Positions 7,622 through 16,589 of a DNA stretch of 64,000 nucleotides are shown piece after piece. The number at the start of each line of letters is the position of its first letter. The first letter of the stretch is position 1. The stretch is taken from contig JAKOXV010000003.1 of assembly GCA_029780855.1 (NCBI GenBank), positions 162,357-226,356 of the forward strand, read 5' to 3'. Source of the DNA: a bacterium (GTDB taxonomy: Bacteria > Patescibacteriota > Saccharimonadia > Saccharimonadales > JAUPVS01). Position numbers and translations under genes: made by a program. The notes beneath the pieces were generated by a model, which was not told the origin of the DNA, made no database searches, and saw only the letters and a list, made by a program, of their open reading frames with translations.

Positions 7622-8161
7622 GTGATTCAGATGCCGTTTCGACGTAGCAAAAATAGCCAACAGAATGTTCCGCCAGAGGTGGCAGAATACTATCAAGCCG
7701 AGAAAAAACAGCGGCTTGGTATGGCTTGGTTACTATCGGCAGCGACCTTTGTGGTAACGGTCCTGGTGGTGCTCGGACTATTCTTTGGGGGACGCTGGAT
7801 TTACCGACAGGTAAAACACGATAACAATACCGGTACCTCTATTTCTCAAGAAGAGCCTAAATCAGATCAAACAAATGAGAGTCAAAAAGCGGCCGATACC
7901 AACGCTTCTCAAAACCAGTCGACTACCCAAAACAACCCATCTGGTTCAGTGGGACAGTCGACAGCTCCGGCACCAGCTTCCAATACTCCAGCTCCCAGTG
8001 CGACTCCGAATCCTAGTAACGCTGCGGCTTCTAGCCAATCGACTGCCGCTACGACTGTGCCTAACACTGGCGCTGGAGATTTGCTCGCTCTATTTATGGG
8101 TGTTGTAGTTGTTGCGGCTATCGTGCACCATCTTTACTTACGACGTAATATCGCTGAATAA
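7622..8161 (+). CDS. membrane protein with low-complexity linker and LPXTG-like C-terminus
   Basis: N-terminal TM helix, S/T/Q/P/N-rich linker, VPNTG followed by a hydrophobic helix and RR. Confidence 0.75.
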   Translation: MIQMPFRRSKNSQQNVPPEVAEYYQAEKKQRLGMAWLLSAATFVVTVLVVLGLFFGGRWIYRQVKHDNNTGTSISQEEPKSDQTNESQKAADTNASQNQSTTQNNPSGSVGQSTAPAPASNTPAPSATPNPSNAAASSQSTAATTVPNTGAGDLLALFMGVVVVAAIVHHLYLRRNIAE

Positions 8162-8162
8162 T

Positions 8163-8190
8163 AAAAACTCCGCTTTGAAAAAGCGGAGTT
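8163..8190. terminator. hairpin terminator between convergent genes
   Basis: AACTCCGCTTT-gaa-AAAGCGGAGTT. Confidence 0.75.
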
Positions 8191-8209
8191 AGTGTTGCGT
8201 ATCTATGTA

Positions 8210-8695
8210 CTACTTATTGTGCTGTGTGAAATAGTTTATTTCATTGACGATGTCTAGCAGCGCCTGAGCTTTAACCTTTTCGTCCTGGATCTTTTGGGCG
8301 GATTCATAGGCTTGTTGCACGAGGCTGGAGTCATCAGTGGCCTGGATCATCATCATGGTGGTCTTAAACTTTTCTTCTGGTGATTGGTCCAGATGGCTCA
8401 CGAGCGGTGCAAGGTTCTCCAGAGCTTGGCGCTTTAGATTTAGCAGACCATCGTTGTCGGCAGGACTACTGAGAGGCGCCGCAGGCTCTTTATGCGTTTC
8501 GGGGCTGTCCTGAGCAAGTTCATCGACGGCTTTTGCCATGTCATCGTCAGCAGGTGTTGATACACTGCTGTCATCCCCTACCGGTGCGCTCGGCATTACA
8601 TCTTCACTGGCTGTTTCCGGTGTTACGGTCACACCATCTTCTTGCTGTTCATTTTTGTGTTCGTCTTTGTGATGGTCGTCATTTAATCCAAACAT
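8210..8695 (-). CDS. hypothetical protein (acidic disordered N-terminus, helical C-terminal domain)
   Basis: 161-aa ORF with a GGGGTGAG RBS-like sequence upstream. Confidence 0.75.
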   Translation of the reverse strand: MFGLNDDHHKDEHKNEQQEDGVTVTPETASEDVMPSAPVGDDSSVSTPADDDMAKAVDELAQDSPETHKEPAAPLSSPADNDGLLNLKRQALENLAPLVSHLDQSPEEKFKTTMMMIQATDDSSLVQQAYESAQKIQDEKVKAQALLDIVNEINYFTQHNK

Positions 8696-8817
8696 GTCTG
8701 CTCACCCCCATGCCCGTGGTTGGTATACGGGACTTTTAGTAATTTTCAATTTACAATAGTAATCATACCAAACGAGATGGGTAAGCAAAAGCATTTTATT
8801 AGAGGGGAGAAACCACT

Positions 8818-9864
8818 GTGCTTGACGATTTGAAATACATACACGAAAAAGATGTGCAGGATGCGCTCGGAATCGCCGAGAAACAAACCGAGCAATACGC
8901 CCATGACTACGCCTTTAGCTGGGAACCGCCCCGTGAAATCAAACAGGTGATTGTGGCCGGAATGGGAGGGTCTGGTTTAGCTGCCAAGGCTGCCAAGAGT
9001 TGGCCGGGTTTGAACGTGCCCTATGATGTTGTGCAGGAATACGACCTGCCGGAATCAGTTGATGCACATACTCTGGTGGTTTGTTCGAGCTTTTCAGGTA
9101 ACACAGAAGAGACGCTCAGCGCGTATGCGCAAGCAACTGAAAGTAGTACTCTGGAAGACCGCCGTCCCATGGTGGTAGTGGTGTCATCCGGTGGAACGTT
9201 ACTAGATGCCGCTAAGAAATCAAATCTGCCGTACGTAACCCTACCCGCTGGTTATCAGCCGCGTATGACCTTTGGCTTTCAATTACGCGCATTACTGGAA
9301 ATCTATCAGGCAGCCGGGCTGTGTAGCGGCGCAATTGCCGAACTAGAGTCTGCTGCGGCGTGGCTCAAGCAGGAAATCCAGGAGTGGCTGCCGATTGTGC
9401 CGACAAGCAAGAATCCAGCCAAGCAACTTGCACAGGAATGTATGGGCAAATCGCCGGTCATTTACAGCGGACCAAAGCTGTTTCCGGCTGCCTACAAGTG
9501 GAAGATCAGTATGAATGAAAATGCCAAGAACGTTGCTTGGTGTAACGTGCTTCCAGAGTTTAATCACAACGAATTCTTAGGCTGGACCAGCCATCCTACC
9601 TCTAAGCCCTACACGGTAATTGACCTTCGCTCAAATCTGGAGAATCCCCGTGTACAGAAACGTTTTGAAATATCCGACCGGCTCCTCAGCGGCAAGCGAC
9701 CGGCTGCTGAAGTTGTCGAAGCGAGAGGGGATTCGCTCGCAAAACAAATAGTCTGGACCGTAGCGCTAGGTGATTTCGTAAGCTTGTATCTTGCGCTTTT
9801 AAATGGATTAAACCCTACACCAGTGGATCTGATAGAGAAACTTAAGGGTGAAATGGCTAAATAG
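8818..9864 (+). CDS. bifunctional phosphoglucose/phosphomannose isomerase (SIS domain)
   Basis: AGMGGSG, SFSGNTEET, QPR, MNENAK, PEFNHNE. Confidence 0.9.
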   Translation: MLDDLKYIHEKDVQDALGIAEKQTEQYAHDYAFSWEPPREIKQVIVAGMGGSGLAAKAAKSWPGLNVPYDVVQEYDLPESVDAHTLVVCSSFSGNTEETLSAYAQATESSTLEDRRPMVVVVSSGGTLLDAAKKSNLPYVTLPAGYQPRMTFGFQLRALLEIYQAAGLCSGAIAELESAAAWLKQEIQEWLPIVPTSKNPAKQLAQECMGKSPVIYSGPKLFPAAYKWKISMNENAKNVAWCNVLPEFNHNEFLGWTSHPTSKPYTVIDLRSNLENPRVQKRFEISDRLLSGKRPAAEVVEARGDSLAKQIVWTVALGDFVSLYLALLNGLNPTPVDLIEKLKGEMAK

Positions 9865-10381
9865 GACGATCTTTGAGTTTTAACAAATAGCCAATGTAGG
9901 CCACAACTAGGTGCAGACCGAAAAACGTTATGAATATGAGTAGGACGATATGTATCGGGAGCTGTGTGAAAGGGTAGATAAATACCAAGCCGCCGATTAT
10001 GTAATCGGTTTGGTCAAAGGGGAACCAACTCTTTCCAGAGGGAATGCCTTTTTGCCGCTTGAAAAAGCTTTCCACCGCATCACCAACCAGCGCTCCAAAA
10101 CCTAAGATACAACCGAGCAAAAACACCTCAGCCAACGTACCCCCTCGGTTAATCGCAAGGTGCTGAAGGCTAGCTGTTAGGCCGCCTGCGATGGTGCCGG
10201 TAAGCAGGCCGCGCCACGTTTTGTTATCGCCAAGTACGCGGATACCACGGAAGGATTTATGCAGATCTATCGGGGTATGCCACGTATTGAGGAGAGGTAT
10301 TTTATTGGCTACAACCGGTGCGGCGTTAGCTACTCCGGCCGGCAAAAAAAACCAGATCGCAAAGAAAACTGATTCAATCAT
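9857..10381 (-). CDS. carS: CDP-archaeol synthase family (CarS/DUF46)
   Basis: PAGVANAAPV, PID, LGDNKTWRG, GALVGDAVESFFKRQ, FPFDQTD, HL motifs. Confidence 0.85.
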   Translation of the reverse strand: MIESVFFAIWFFLPAGVANAAPVVANKIPLLNTWHTPIDLHKSFRGIRVLGDNKTWRGLLTGTIAGGLTASLQHLAINRGGTLAEVFLLGCILGFGALVGDAVESFFKRQKGIPSGKSWFPFDQTDYIIGGLVFIYPFTQLPIHIVLLIFITFFGLHLVVAYIGYLLKLKDRPI

Positions 10382-11025
10382 CTATGCAAGCCTCTTCGTA
10401 ACCGGTTTATTTTAGGATAGAGCAGGGTAGTGAGCGGAGGGTGAGCTACAGTCAGGTGGGCGCCATCAAGCCGTACGAGTAGTGTTTTTGCAGAAGGTTT
10501 CTCTGACACGGTGGTATAGGTTTTGCCAATTCCTTTTAGGCCGTGTGCATCACTGCTGGCAGCCCGCCGTTTGTGGTGTAGCTTTGCCCAGACAGCGGCC
10601 TGTGGGCCGCGGTTTTGGAATACTGTCCGGCCATTATGTACTTCAACTATATCGACATCCTCGGCAACATCGTCGAGCGCTTCAATCGGAACGCCGCTGC
10701 GGACTGTTTCAAAGGGGTGCGGAACGTAGACGATTCCTTTCTGGGCTTTAATCGCCCGGATGGCTTCTTGGAGCGATAAGTTTGGCTCGATTGCTTTTTT
10801 GAGGAATAAGCCGATGATTTCCCCGCTGGTAGTGTTAATCTCCTCACCAACAATAATGGAATCCCCGAGTTCATGGTGCAGTTCTTGGGCCATATCGATA
10901 CGGTTATGGTCAGTTACGGCAATGTAGTTAATGAGCCCACTCTCGATGATCTGACGGTACTGTTCGGGGCGAATGCTGCCGTCAGGTGAAGCGGTCGAAT
11001 GGGTATGTAAATCAATCTTGAACAT
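10378..11025 (-). CDS. PHP-domain metal-dependent phosphoesterase
   Basis: DLHTHS, VTDHN, GEE, PHPF, SSDAH. Confidence 0.9.
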   Translation of the reverse strand: MFKIDLHTHSTASPDGSIRPEQYRQIIESGLINYIAVTDHNRIDMAQELHHELGDSIIVGEEINTTSGEIIGLFLKKAIEPNLSLQEAIRAIKAQKGIVYVPHPFETVRSGVPIEALDDVAEDVDIVEVHNGRTVFQNRGPQAAVWAKLHHKRRAASSDAHGLKGIGKTYTTVSEKPSAKTLLVRLDGAHLTVAHPPLTTLLYPKINRLRRGLHR

Positions 11026-11656
11026 GCTTAAGCCAACGCATTATTCGAATTAGTCGTCCGGCAGCGGTGCCCCACGCGAGTATTGCTACCAGGGCGGTCG
11101 CTAGGCCTAGGTATCCGCTCAGTAACCCAATAACAATGACGCCCATACGTACTTCGTAGCGCATTAGTCCGTCGGCAAACAATTTGTTGGTGTTGGCGTG
11201 GTGCTGCTTTGTGCTAGCAACCGCGGTTTCTCCCTTAGCCTTTACGTAGCTTACAAGCAAAGCTCCGGTGGCTGCGGCTACCGCTACTACCGACAAGTAG
11301 GGCTTATCAAGTGATACGAATGCGAACGCGATGGCGATATAGACGAGCGATTCTTTCATTCTGTCTGTCGAAGCGTCGAGCAGCATGCCGCCCACAGTAG
11401 CTCTGTTCTGAAGTCGAGCAAGCTCGCCGTCCAGCGTATCCATTAGACCAAAAATAACCAAAAATCCTGCCGCCCAGATAGGGTGCAGTGTGGCAATAAG
11501 GAAGGCGACTGGCAGGTGACCGAGCAGTGAAATGGCGGTAACCGTATCGGGTGTAAGTTTTCCAGCAGTGGCGCGGTTTAGGACGCTCGCAAGTTTTTTT
11601 GCGCCAGCTCTAACAAGGGTCCGGACCGTATCAAGTACTCTGATAAGCAATTGCAT
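11012..11656 (-). CDS. CDP-alcohol phosphatidyltransferase
   Basis: TPDTVT, DTLDGELAR...GGMLLDASTDR (family signature), SYVKAKGE; start re-called to ATG 11656 after TATAAT. Confidence 0.9.
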   Translation of the reverse strand: MQLLIRVLDTVRTLVRAGAKKLASVLNRATAGKLTPDTVTAISLLGHLPVAFLIATLHPIWAAGFLVIFGLMDTLDGELARLQNRATVGGMLLDASTDRMKESLVYIAIAFAFVSLDKPYLSVVAVAAATGALLVSYVKAKGETAVASTKQHHANTNKLFADGLMRYEVRMGVIVIGLLSGYLGLATALVAILAWGTAAGRLIRIMRWLKHVQD

Positions 11657-11721
11657 TATGACTATTATAGCGCACTTCAATTGTTACCCTACCTCTGTGA
11701 CTTGGTATACTATGTCTACAA

Positions 11722-12402
11722 ATGAGCAAAATCGTTAAGAGTAGCAAGCGGTTTATTCTAACCCTGGCGGCATCAAGTGTGGTCAGCATCGGCTTTTTAC
11801 TGGTACGGGTGCTCAGTACGCACACCGCTACCTACTGGTTCCTAGCATGGAATCTCTTGTTGGCTTGGTTGCCGCTGCTGTTTAGCTGGTGGCTGGTTCT
11901 GCGCTTACCAAACCGCCGCTGGTTTTCGCCCCTAAACGTTTTGCTCACCATCCTGTGGCTTGGGTTTCTGCCAAACACGTTTTATATAGCGAGTGACATT
12001 ATTCACCTTAAGGCAACCGGTGGTATCAGTATTTTGTTTGACGTAACAATGATGTTGTCATTCACTTGGAACGGCTTTTTGCTCGGATATACCAGCGTCT
12101 ATCTGATACATCAACAGCTCAAAAAGCGTTTAGGAAGGTATGAAGCGCATTCGCTCATTGCTTTTGTGTTTCTGCTCGTAAGTTTTGCCATCTATCTGGG
12201 GCGATATCTACGCTGGAACAGTTGGGACGTACTCATTAATCCTGCGGGCTTGTTGTTTGATGTGTCCGATTCTTTTGTGAACCCTTCTTCACATCCAAGG
12301 GCCTTTACCACTACGCTGATGTTTTTTGTGTTGACTACTAGTATCTACGCCGTCGGCTACCAGCTTGCCGCTAGCGTAAGTGCTGCTCATGAAACTGAAT
12401 AA
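11722..12402 (+). CDS. DUF1361-like membrane protein
   Basis: WNLLLAWLP, FLPNTFYIASDIIHL, IYLGRYLRWNSWD. Confidence 0.8.
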   Translation: MSKIVKSSKRFILTLAASSVVSIGFLLVRVLSTHTATYWFLAWNLLLAWLPLLFSWWLVLRLPNRRWFSPLNVLLTILWLGFLPNTFYIASDIIHLKATGGISILFDVTMMLSFTWNGFLLGYTSVYLIHQQLKKRLGRYEAHSLIAFVFLLVSFAIYLGRYLRWNSWDVLINPAGLLFDVSDSFVNPSSHPRAFTTTLMFFVLTTSIYAVGYQLAASVSAAHETE

Positions 12403-12423
12403 TCTGCTATACTGACATCTGTT

Positions 12424-14103
12424 ATGAATTATCTTGTGGAGCTGTTAACCACTGCCTGTGACAACTTGTTTGGCGTTACTGAAACGCCCGTGCTTACACG
12501 TCCGGATGAGCAATTTGGTGACTATGCCACCAACCTTGCCCTCCAGCTCGCAAAGCCCTTGGAGCAGCAACCTCGGCACATAGCAGAACAGCTAAAAGCC
12601 TATATTGAATCAAATGGTGATGTTCGGATTGCGCGTGTAGATATCGCAGGTCCGGGTTTTTTGAACTTTACAATCGCTGATAGTGAGTTTGCCAACATGT
12701 TGGCGGGGATTGATGAAAAGCCGGGTCTGTATGGTCGCAACAAGTTATTTGCCGGCAAACGGATCGTTATTGAAACCAACAACCCCAACCCATTCAAGGA
12801 GCTTCATATAGGCCATGCCTACAATATTATTATTTCCAATTCGATCGCGAACATCTTGGAGGCGGGTGGGGCAGAAGTGCACCGAGTAAGCTATCACGGT
12901 GACGTGGGCCTACATGTTGGTAAGAGTATGTGGGCTATCCTGCAGTACGTGGGCAAAAACCCCAAAAAACTAGCTGACGTTCCTGAATCCGAACGTGCCG
13001 GTTTTTTGAGTAAGATGTACGCCAAGGGCGCTAAAGCCTACGAAGATGACAAGACATCAAAAGCGGCAATCGATGCACTTGCTAAGGAGAGTTTTGAGCT
13101 TGATGACCCACTGTACAAAGAGGTCTATGAGACCTGTAAGGCCTGGAGTTTTGAATACTTTGACGCTATGTTTACTCGTCTCCATTCAAAACGGGTAGAG
13201 AAGCGCTACCTTGAAAGGGACATGGACGAGCTGGGCAAAGAGCTGGTCATGAGTCATGTCGGTGATGTTTTTACCGAAAGCGACGGGGCAATTATCTACG
13301 AGGGTGAAAAAGATGGTTTGCATACCAGAGTGTTTATAAGCAATCGGGGAACGACCCTGTACGAAGCCCGGGATTTAGCGCTCGCCATTCAGAAAGAGCA
13401 GGACTTCACCATGGATGAATCAATCGTGGTGACCGCCAATGAACAGGCCGAGTACTTTAAGGTGGTGTACGCCGCTATGGCGAACTTCAACCCCGTACTA
13501 GCAAACAAGTGCACCAGTATTCCACATGGGGTCGTAAAGCTGACGACCGGTAAAATGAGCAGCCGTACTGGCGACGTTATAAACATAGCGTGGTTGTTTG
13601 ATAGTGTAGAAGTGGCCATGAAGCAGAAGGGCTATGAGAGTGAAGCGGCTGCAGACAATCAGTTTGCAGCTATCGCGTACCTGTTCCTGAAGAACCGGGT
13701 CGGGGGTGATGTAGTGTTTGACCCGAACGAAAGTGTCAGTTTAGAGGGAAATACCGGTCCCTACCTGCAGTATGCCTACGCTCGTGCCCGGAGCATTTTG
13801 CGGAAAAGCGAGATGGAAGCCGCGTTTAGTGACAACATCACTTTTGAAGCCGGTGAGCGCTCGCTACTACGTAAAGTAAGTGAGTACCCGGAAGTAGTAG
13901 AACGTGCCATCGTTGATCACATGCCTCATCACATTGCCACCTATCTGTATGAATTAGCCCAGGTATTCAATCGTTTTTACGAAAAAAACCGGATTATTGA
14001 TGATGAAAGGGAAGCGCTGAGGCTAAGTCTGATCAAAGCCTACGCTACGACGCTTGCGAATGGCTTAGAGCTGCTTAATATACCGGCACCGGAAAAAATG
14101 TAA
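12424..14103 (+). CDS. argS: arginine--tRNA ligase
   Basis: FGDYATN, AGPGFLN, PNPFKELHIGH, KMSSRTG, PYLQYAYAR. Confidence 0.97.
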   Translation: MNYLVELLTTACDNLFGVTETPVLTRPDEQFGDYATNLALQLAKPLEQQPRHIAEQLKAYIESNGDVRIARVDIAGPGFLNFTIADSEFANMLAGIDEKPGLYGRNKLFAGKRIVIETNNPNPFKELHIGHAYNIIISNSIANILEAGGAEVHRVSYHGDVGLHVGKSMWAILQYVGKNPKKLADVPESERAGFLSKMYAKGAKAYEDDKTSKAAIDALAKESFELDDPLYKEVYETCKAWSFEYFDAMFTRLHSKRVEKRYLERDMDELGKELVMSHVGDVFTESDGAIIYEGEKDGLHTRVFISNRGTTLYEARDLALAIQKEQDFTMDESIVVTANEQAEYFKVVYAAMANFNPVLANKCTSIPHGVVKLTTGKMSSRTGDVINIAWLFDSVEVAMKQKGYESEAAADNQFAAIAYLFLKNRVGGDVVFDPNESVSLEGNTGPYLQYAYARARSILRKSEMEAAFSDNITFEAGERSLLRKVSEYPEVVERAIVDHMPHHIATYLYELAQVFNRFYEKNRIIDDEREALRLSLIKAYATTLANGLELLNIPAPEKM

Positions 14104-14159
14104 GGAAAACCTTTACATTTTGATGTAAAATGTTCATTCTCGGTGGGAGAAGGAGAAGT

Positions 14160-14573
14160 ATGTCTACAGAAAAGAAAACAACTAATGAGAAACCGGCAAA
14201 AGTGCGTCACGAAGTTGTGATCAGCATGCCGGCGGTCAAAGTTCCCAAAATCCTGCTTCCCATACAGGGGTTCGTTGATTTCGTGCGCCAACAGGGTGTA
14301 ATCGGTCTGGCGGTCGGTTTAGTTTTGGGTACGCAGATTAAAACACTAGTAGATTCGATAGTTACTGGGTTTATTAATCCTACCGTAGCGCTCGTCTTGC
14401 CGGGTAGTGGCAATCTGAACCTTAAAGCTGCAACTGTTTCGGTTAATGGTAAGACCGCGATTTATCTGTGGGGTCCGATTATCGCGCAGATCATAAGCTT
14501 CTTAGCGGTAGCTGGGGTGCTGTACTTCATTATCCATGCGCTTAAGCTGGATCGGTTAGACAAAAAGAAGTAA
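14160..14573 (+). CDS. mscL: MscL family mechanosensitive channel
   Basis: FVDFVRQQGVIGLAVGLVLG...LVDSIVTGFINP; AGGAG before ATG 14160. Confidence 0.75.
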   Translation: MSTEKKTTNEKPAKVRHEVVISMPAVKVPKILLPIQGFVDFVRQQGVIGLAVGLVLGTQIKTLVDSIVTGFINPTVALVLPGSGNLNLKAATVSVNGKTAIYLWGPIIAQIISFLAVAGVLYFIIHALKLDRLDKKK

Positions 14574-14613
14574 TCTGCTCCCACTCTTTAGGATGTTGGT
14601 ATAATGGGGGGGC

Positions 14614-15009
14614 ATGGTTACGAAGCGCGATGATGAGTGGAAGGATACCCTAACCCCAGAGCAGTATGAGGTGATGCGCAACAAAGGAACAGAAGCTCCG
14701 TTTTCTGGAAAGTTGCTGCACAACAAAGCCACGGGAATGTATTCGTGTGCCGCTTGCGGTTCAGAAGTTTTTAGTTCTGAGCACAAGTTTGATTCAGGGA
14801 GTGGCTGGCCAAGCTTTTACGACATCGCCAAAAAGGGCAACGTGAAGCTGGTAGAAGACACCTCTCACGGTATGCATAGGGTAGAGGTGGCCTGCGCGGT
14901 TTGTGGGAGTCATTTGGGCCATGTGTTCAATGATGCACCACAGACTCCCACCGGCATGCGCTTCTGTATCAACTCGGCTGCCCTCGATTTTAAGAAGAAA
15001 TCTGTATAA
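14614..15009 (+). CDS. msrB: peptide-methionine (R)-S-oxide reductase
   Basis: GTEAPF, SGSGWPSF, HLGHVF, RFCINS. Confidence 0.96.
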   Translation: MVTKRDDEWKDTLTPEQYEVMRNKGTEAPFSGKLLHNKATGMYSCAACGSEVFSSEHKFDSGSGWPSFYDIAKKGNVKLVEDTSHGMHRVEVACAVCGSHLGHVFNDAPQTPTGMRFCINSAALDFKKKSV

Positions 15010-15018
15010 TAGGGACCA

Positions 15019-15582
15019 ATGATAGACAAGAAGATGATCTCAACTAAAATTCTGTGGGTTGATTTAGAGATGACCGGACTAGATCCACAAAAAGATGTAA
15101 TTCTGGAAATCGCCGCAGAAGTTACTGACTTCAATTTCAAGACCCTGGATAGCTATGAGGCGCGCATAAATCAGAACCGAGATACAGTGGTACAGCGTAT
15201 GCAGGAGAATATCTGGTGGAAGGACTTTCCGGAGAACCGTGATGAATTTGTTCAAAAACTCGACCAAGGCAAACCCCTGCGTGAAGTTGAACAAGAAATG
15301 ATTGAGCTACTGGTCAAGAACTTTGGAACTGAGCTGGCGGTACTGGGTGGAAACTCAATTTACAATGACCGAAAGTTTATATCCCGATGGATGCCAGAAC
15401 TCGATCTGAAGCTGCATTATCGTATGCTTGATGTCAGTGCCTGGAAGATAGTTATGCAAGCCAAATACGGCGTGAATTTTGAGAAGCCAGAAATCCACCG
15501 TGCGTTTGAGGACATTCAGGCCTCTATTGCCGAGCTACAACACTACCTCGAGTACTTTGGAGAAAAGCATGGTCAGTCATAA
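15019..15582 (+). CDS. orn: oligoribonuclease
   Basis: WVDLEMTGLD, GNSI, DRKFI, LHYRMLDVS, HRAFEDI. Confidence 0.92.
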   Translation: MIDKKMISTKILWVDLEMTGLDPQKDVILEIAAEVTDFNFKTLDSYEARINQNRDTVVQRMQENIWWKDFPENRDEFVQKLDQGKPLREVEQEMIELLVKNFGTELAVLGGNSIYNDRKFISRWMPELDLKLHYRMLDVSAWKIVMQAKYGVNFEKPEIHRAFEDIQASIAELQHYLEYFGEKHGQS

Positions 15583-15895
15583 GGAGGTTGAAACGTACGT
15601 GCTCAGTATGCCAAACGCCAAGTTGGATTATCCTTTTGGTGAAGGCGTGGCGGTCTATAAGGTCAATGAAAAAATGTTTGCACTCATACAAGAAGGCAAG
15701 GAGCCTGTACGCATTAGCCTCAAGTGTGACCCAAAGCTGTCTGAAGTATTGAGGGAGCGCTATGAAAGCGTATCTCCAGGGTATCACCTGAATAAAAAAC
15801 ACTGGAACACGATCATTGTGAGTGGCCAGCTGCCGTGGGAAGAGGTTCAGGACTTGATTCGCCACTCTTACGACTTAGTCGCTGGTATAAAGTAA
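15569..15895 (+). CDS. MmcQ/YjbR family protein
   Basis: YPFG, KMFAL, LKCDP, PGYHLNKKHWNT, SYDLV. Confidence 0.9.
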   Translation: MVSHKEVETYVLSMPNAKLDYPFGEGVAVYKVNEKMFALIQEGKEPVRISLKCDPKLSEVLRERYESVSPGYHLNKKHWNTIIVSGQLPWEEVQDLIRHSYDLVAGIK

Positions 15896-15905
15896 AGACT
15901 TTTGA

Positions 15906-16529
15906 TTACTGGATTGTTTTGATCAGGAGCGTCGCTTGATCGTACAGTTTTTTGAGGAGTACTTTTTCGCTCTTGCTGTTAGTGGCTTTGTATTCGGTCG
16001 AGAGATCGCTTTGGTAGCCGGTGAGCTGAGTTTTTAGGGTGCTTTTAAGGGCATCGTCAAATTGCCCCGCTGAATTAGCGGTGTTTAGCGCCTGATCGGT
16101 AGCTTTGTTTGCGCCGAGAGCTAAGGTCTTTGAGCTTGGTTTTTTGTTGTGCTTCGTAATGTATGCCACTGTCTCTGCCTGTGCAGTTGTAAGTGTTAGC
16201 TTAGTGTTTTCATTGATGGCAGCGGCGTCTGATCCTCGGACGTACCGAGTGCCAATCTCGGTGATTCTTAGTATTTCGGTTTGATCTTGGGCGACTTTTA
16301 TCAATCCTTTGGTTGAACTCCCACCGCTACTGAAAATTAGTACCATTATGATGATAAAAAGCAGCAACACACCGCCAACTAGGGACATGAACAAAGTGGC
16401 ACGTTGCTTGGGCGAATTACCGGTAGGCAAAATTGAACGCTTTTGTTTAGGTGGTCCCTGTAGAATGAAATCGTAGGGATTTTGCCCATCACTCGGAAAC
16501 GATGGAGGCACTTGTTGGTTTGGTGGCAT
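15906..16529 (-). CDS. single-pass membrane hypothetical protein
   Basis: NPYDFI N-terminus, one TM helix, helical extracellular region. Confidence 0.7.
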   Translation of the reverse strand: MPPNQQVPPSFPSDGQNPYDFILQGPPKQKRSILPTGNSPKQRATLFMSLVGGVLLLFIIIMVLIFSSGGSSTKGLIKVAQDQTEILRITEIGTRYVRGSDAAAINENTKLTLTTAQAETVAYITKHNKKPSSKTLALGANKATDQALNTANSAGQFDDALKSTLKTQLTGYQSDLSTEYKATNSKSEKVLLKKLYDQATLLIKTIQ

Positions 16530-16589
16530 GGCACTATTTAAGCATATGCAGCATGGTTATGACCAGATAGCGTACAATATTCACCAGAT

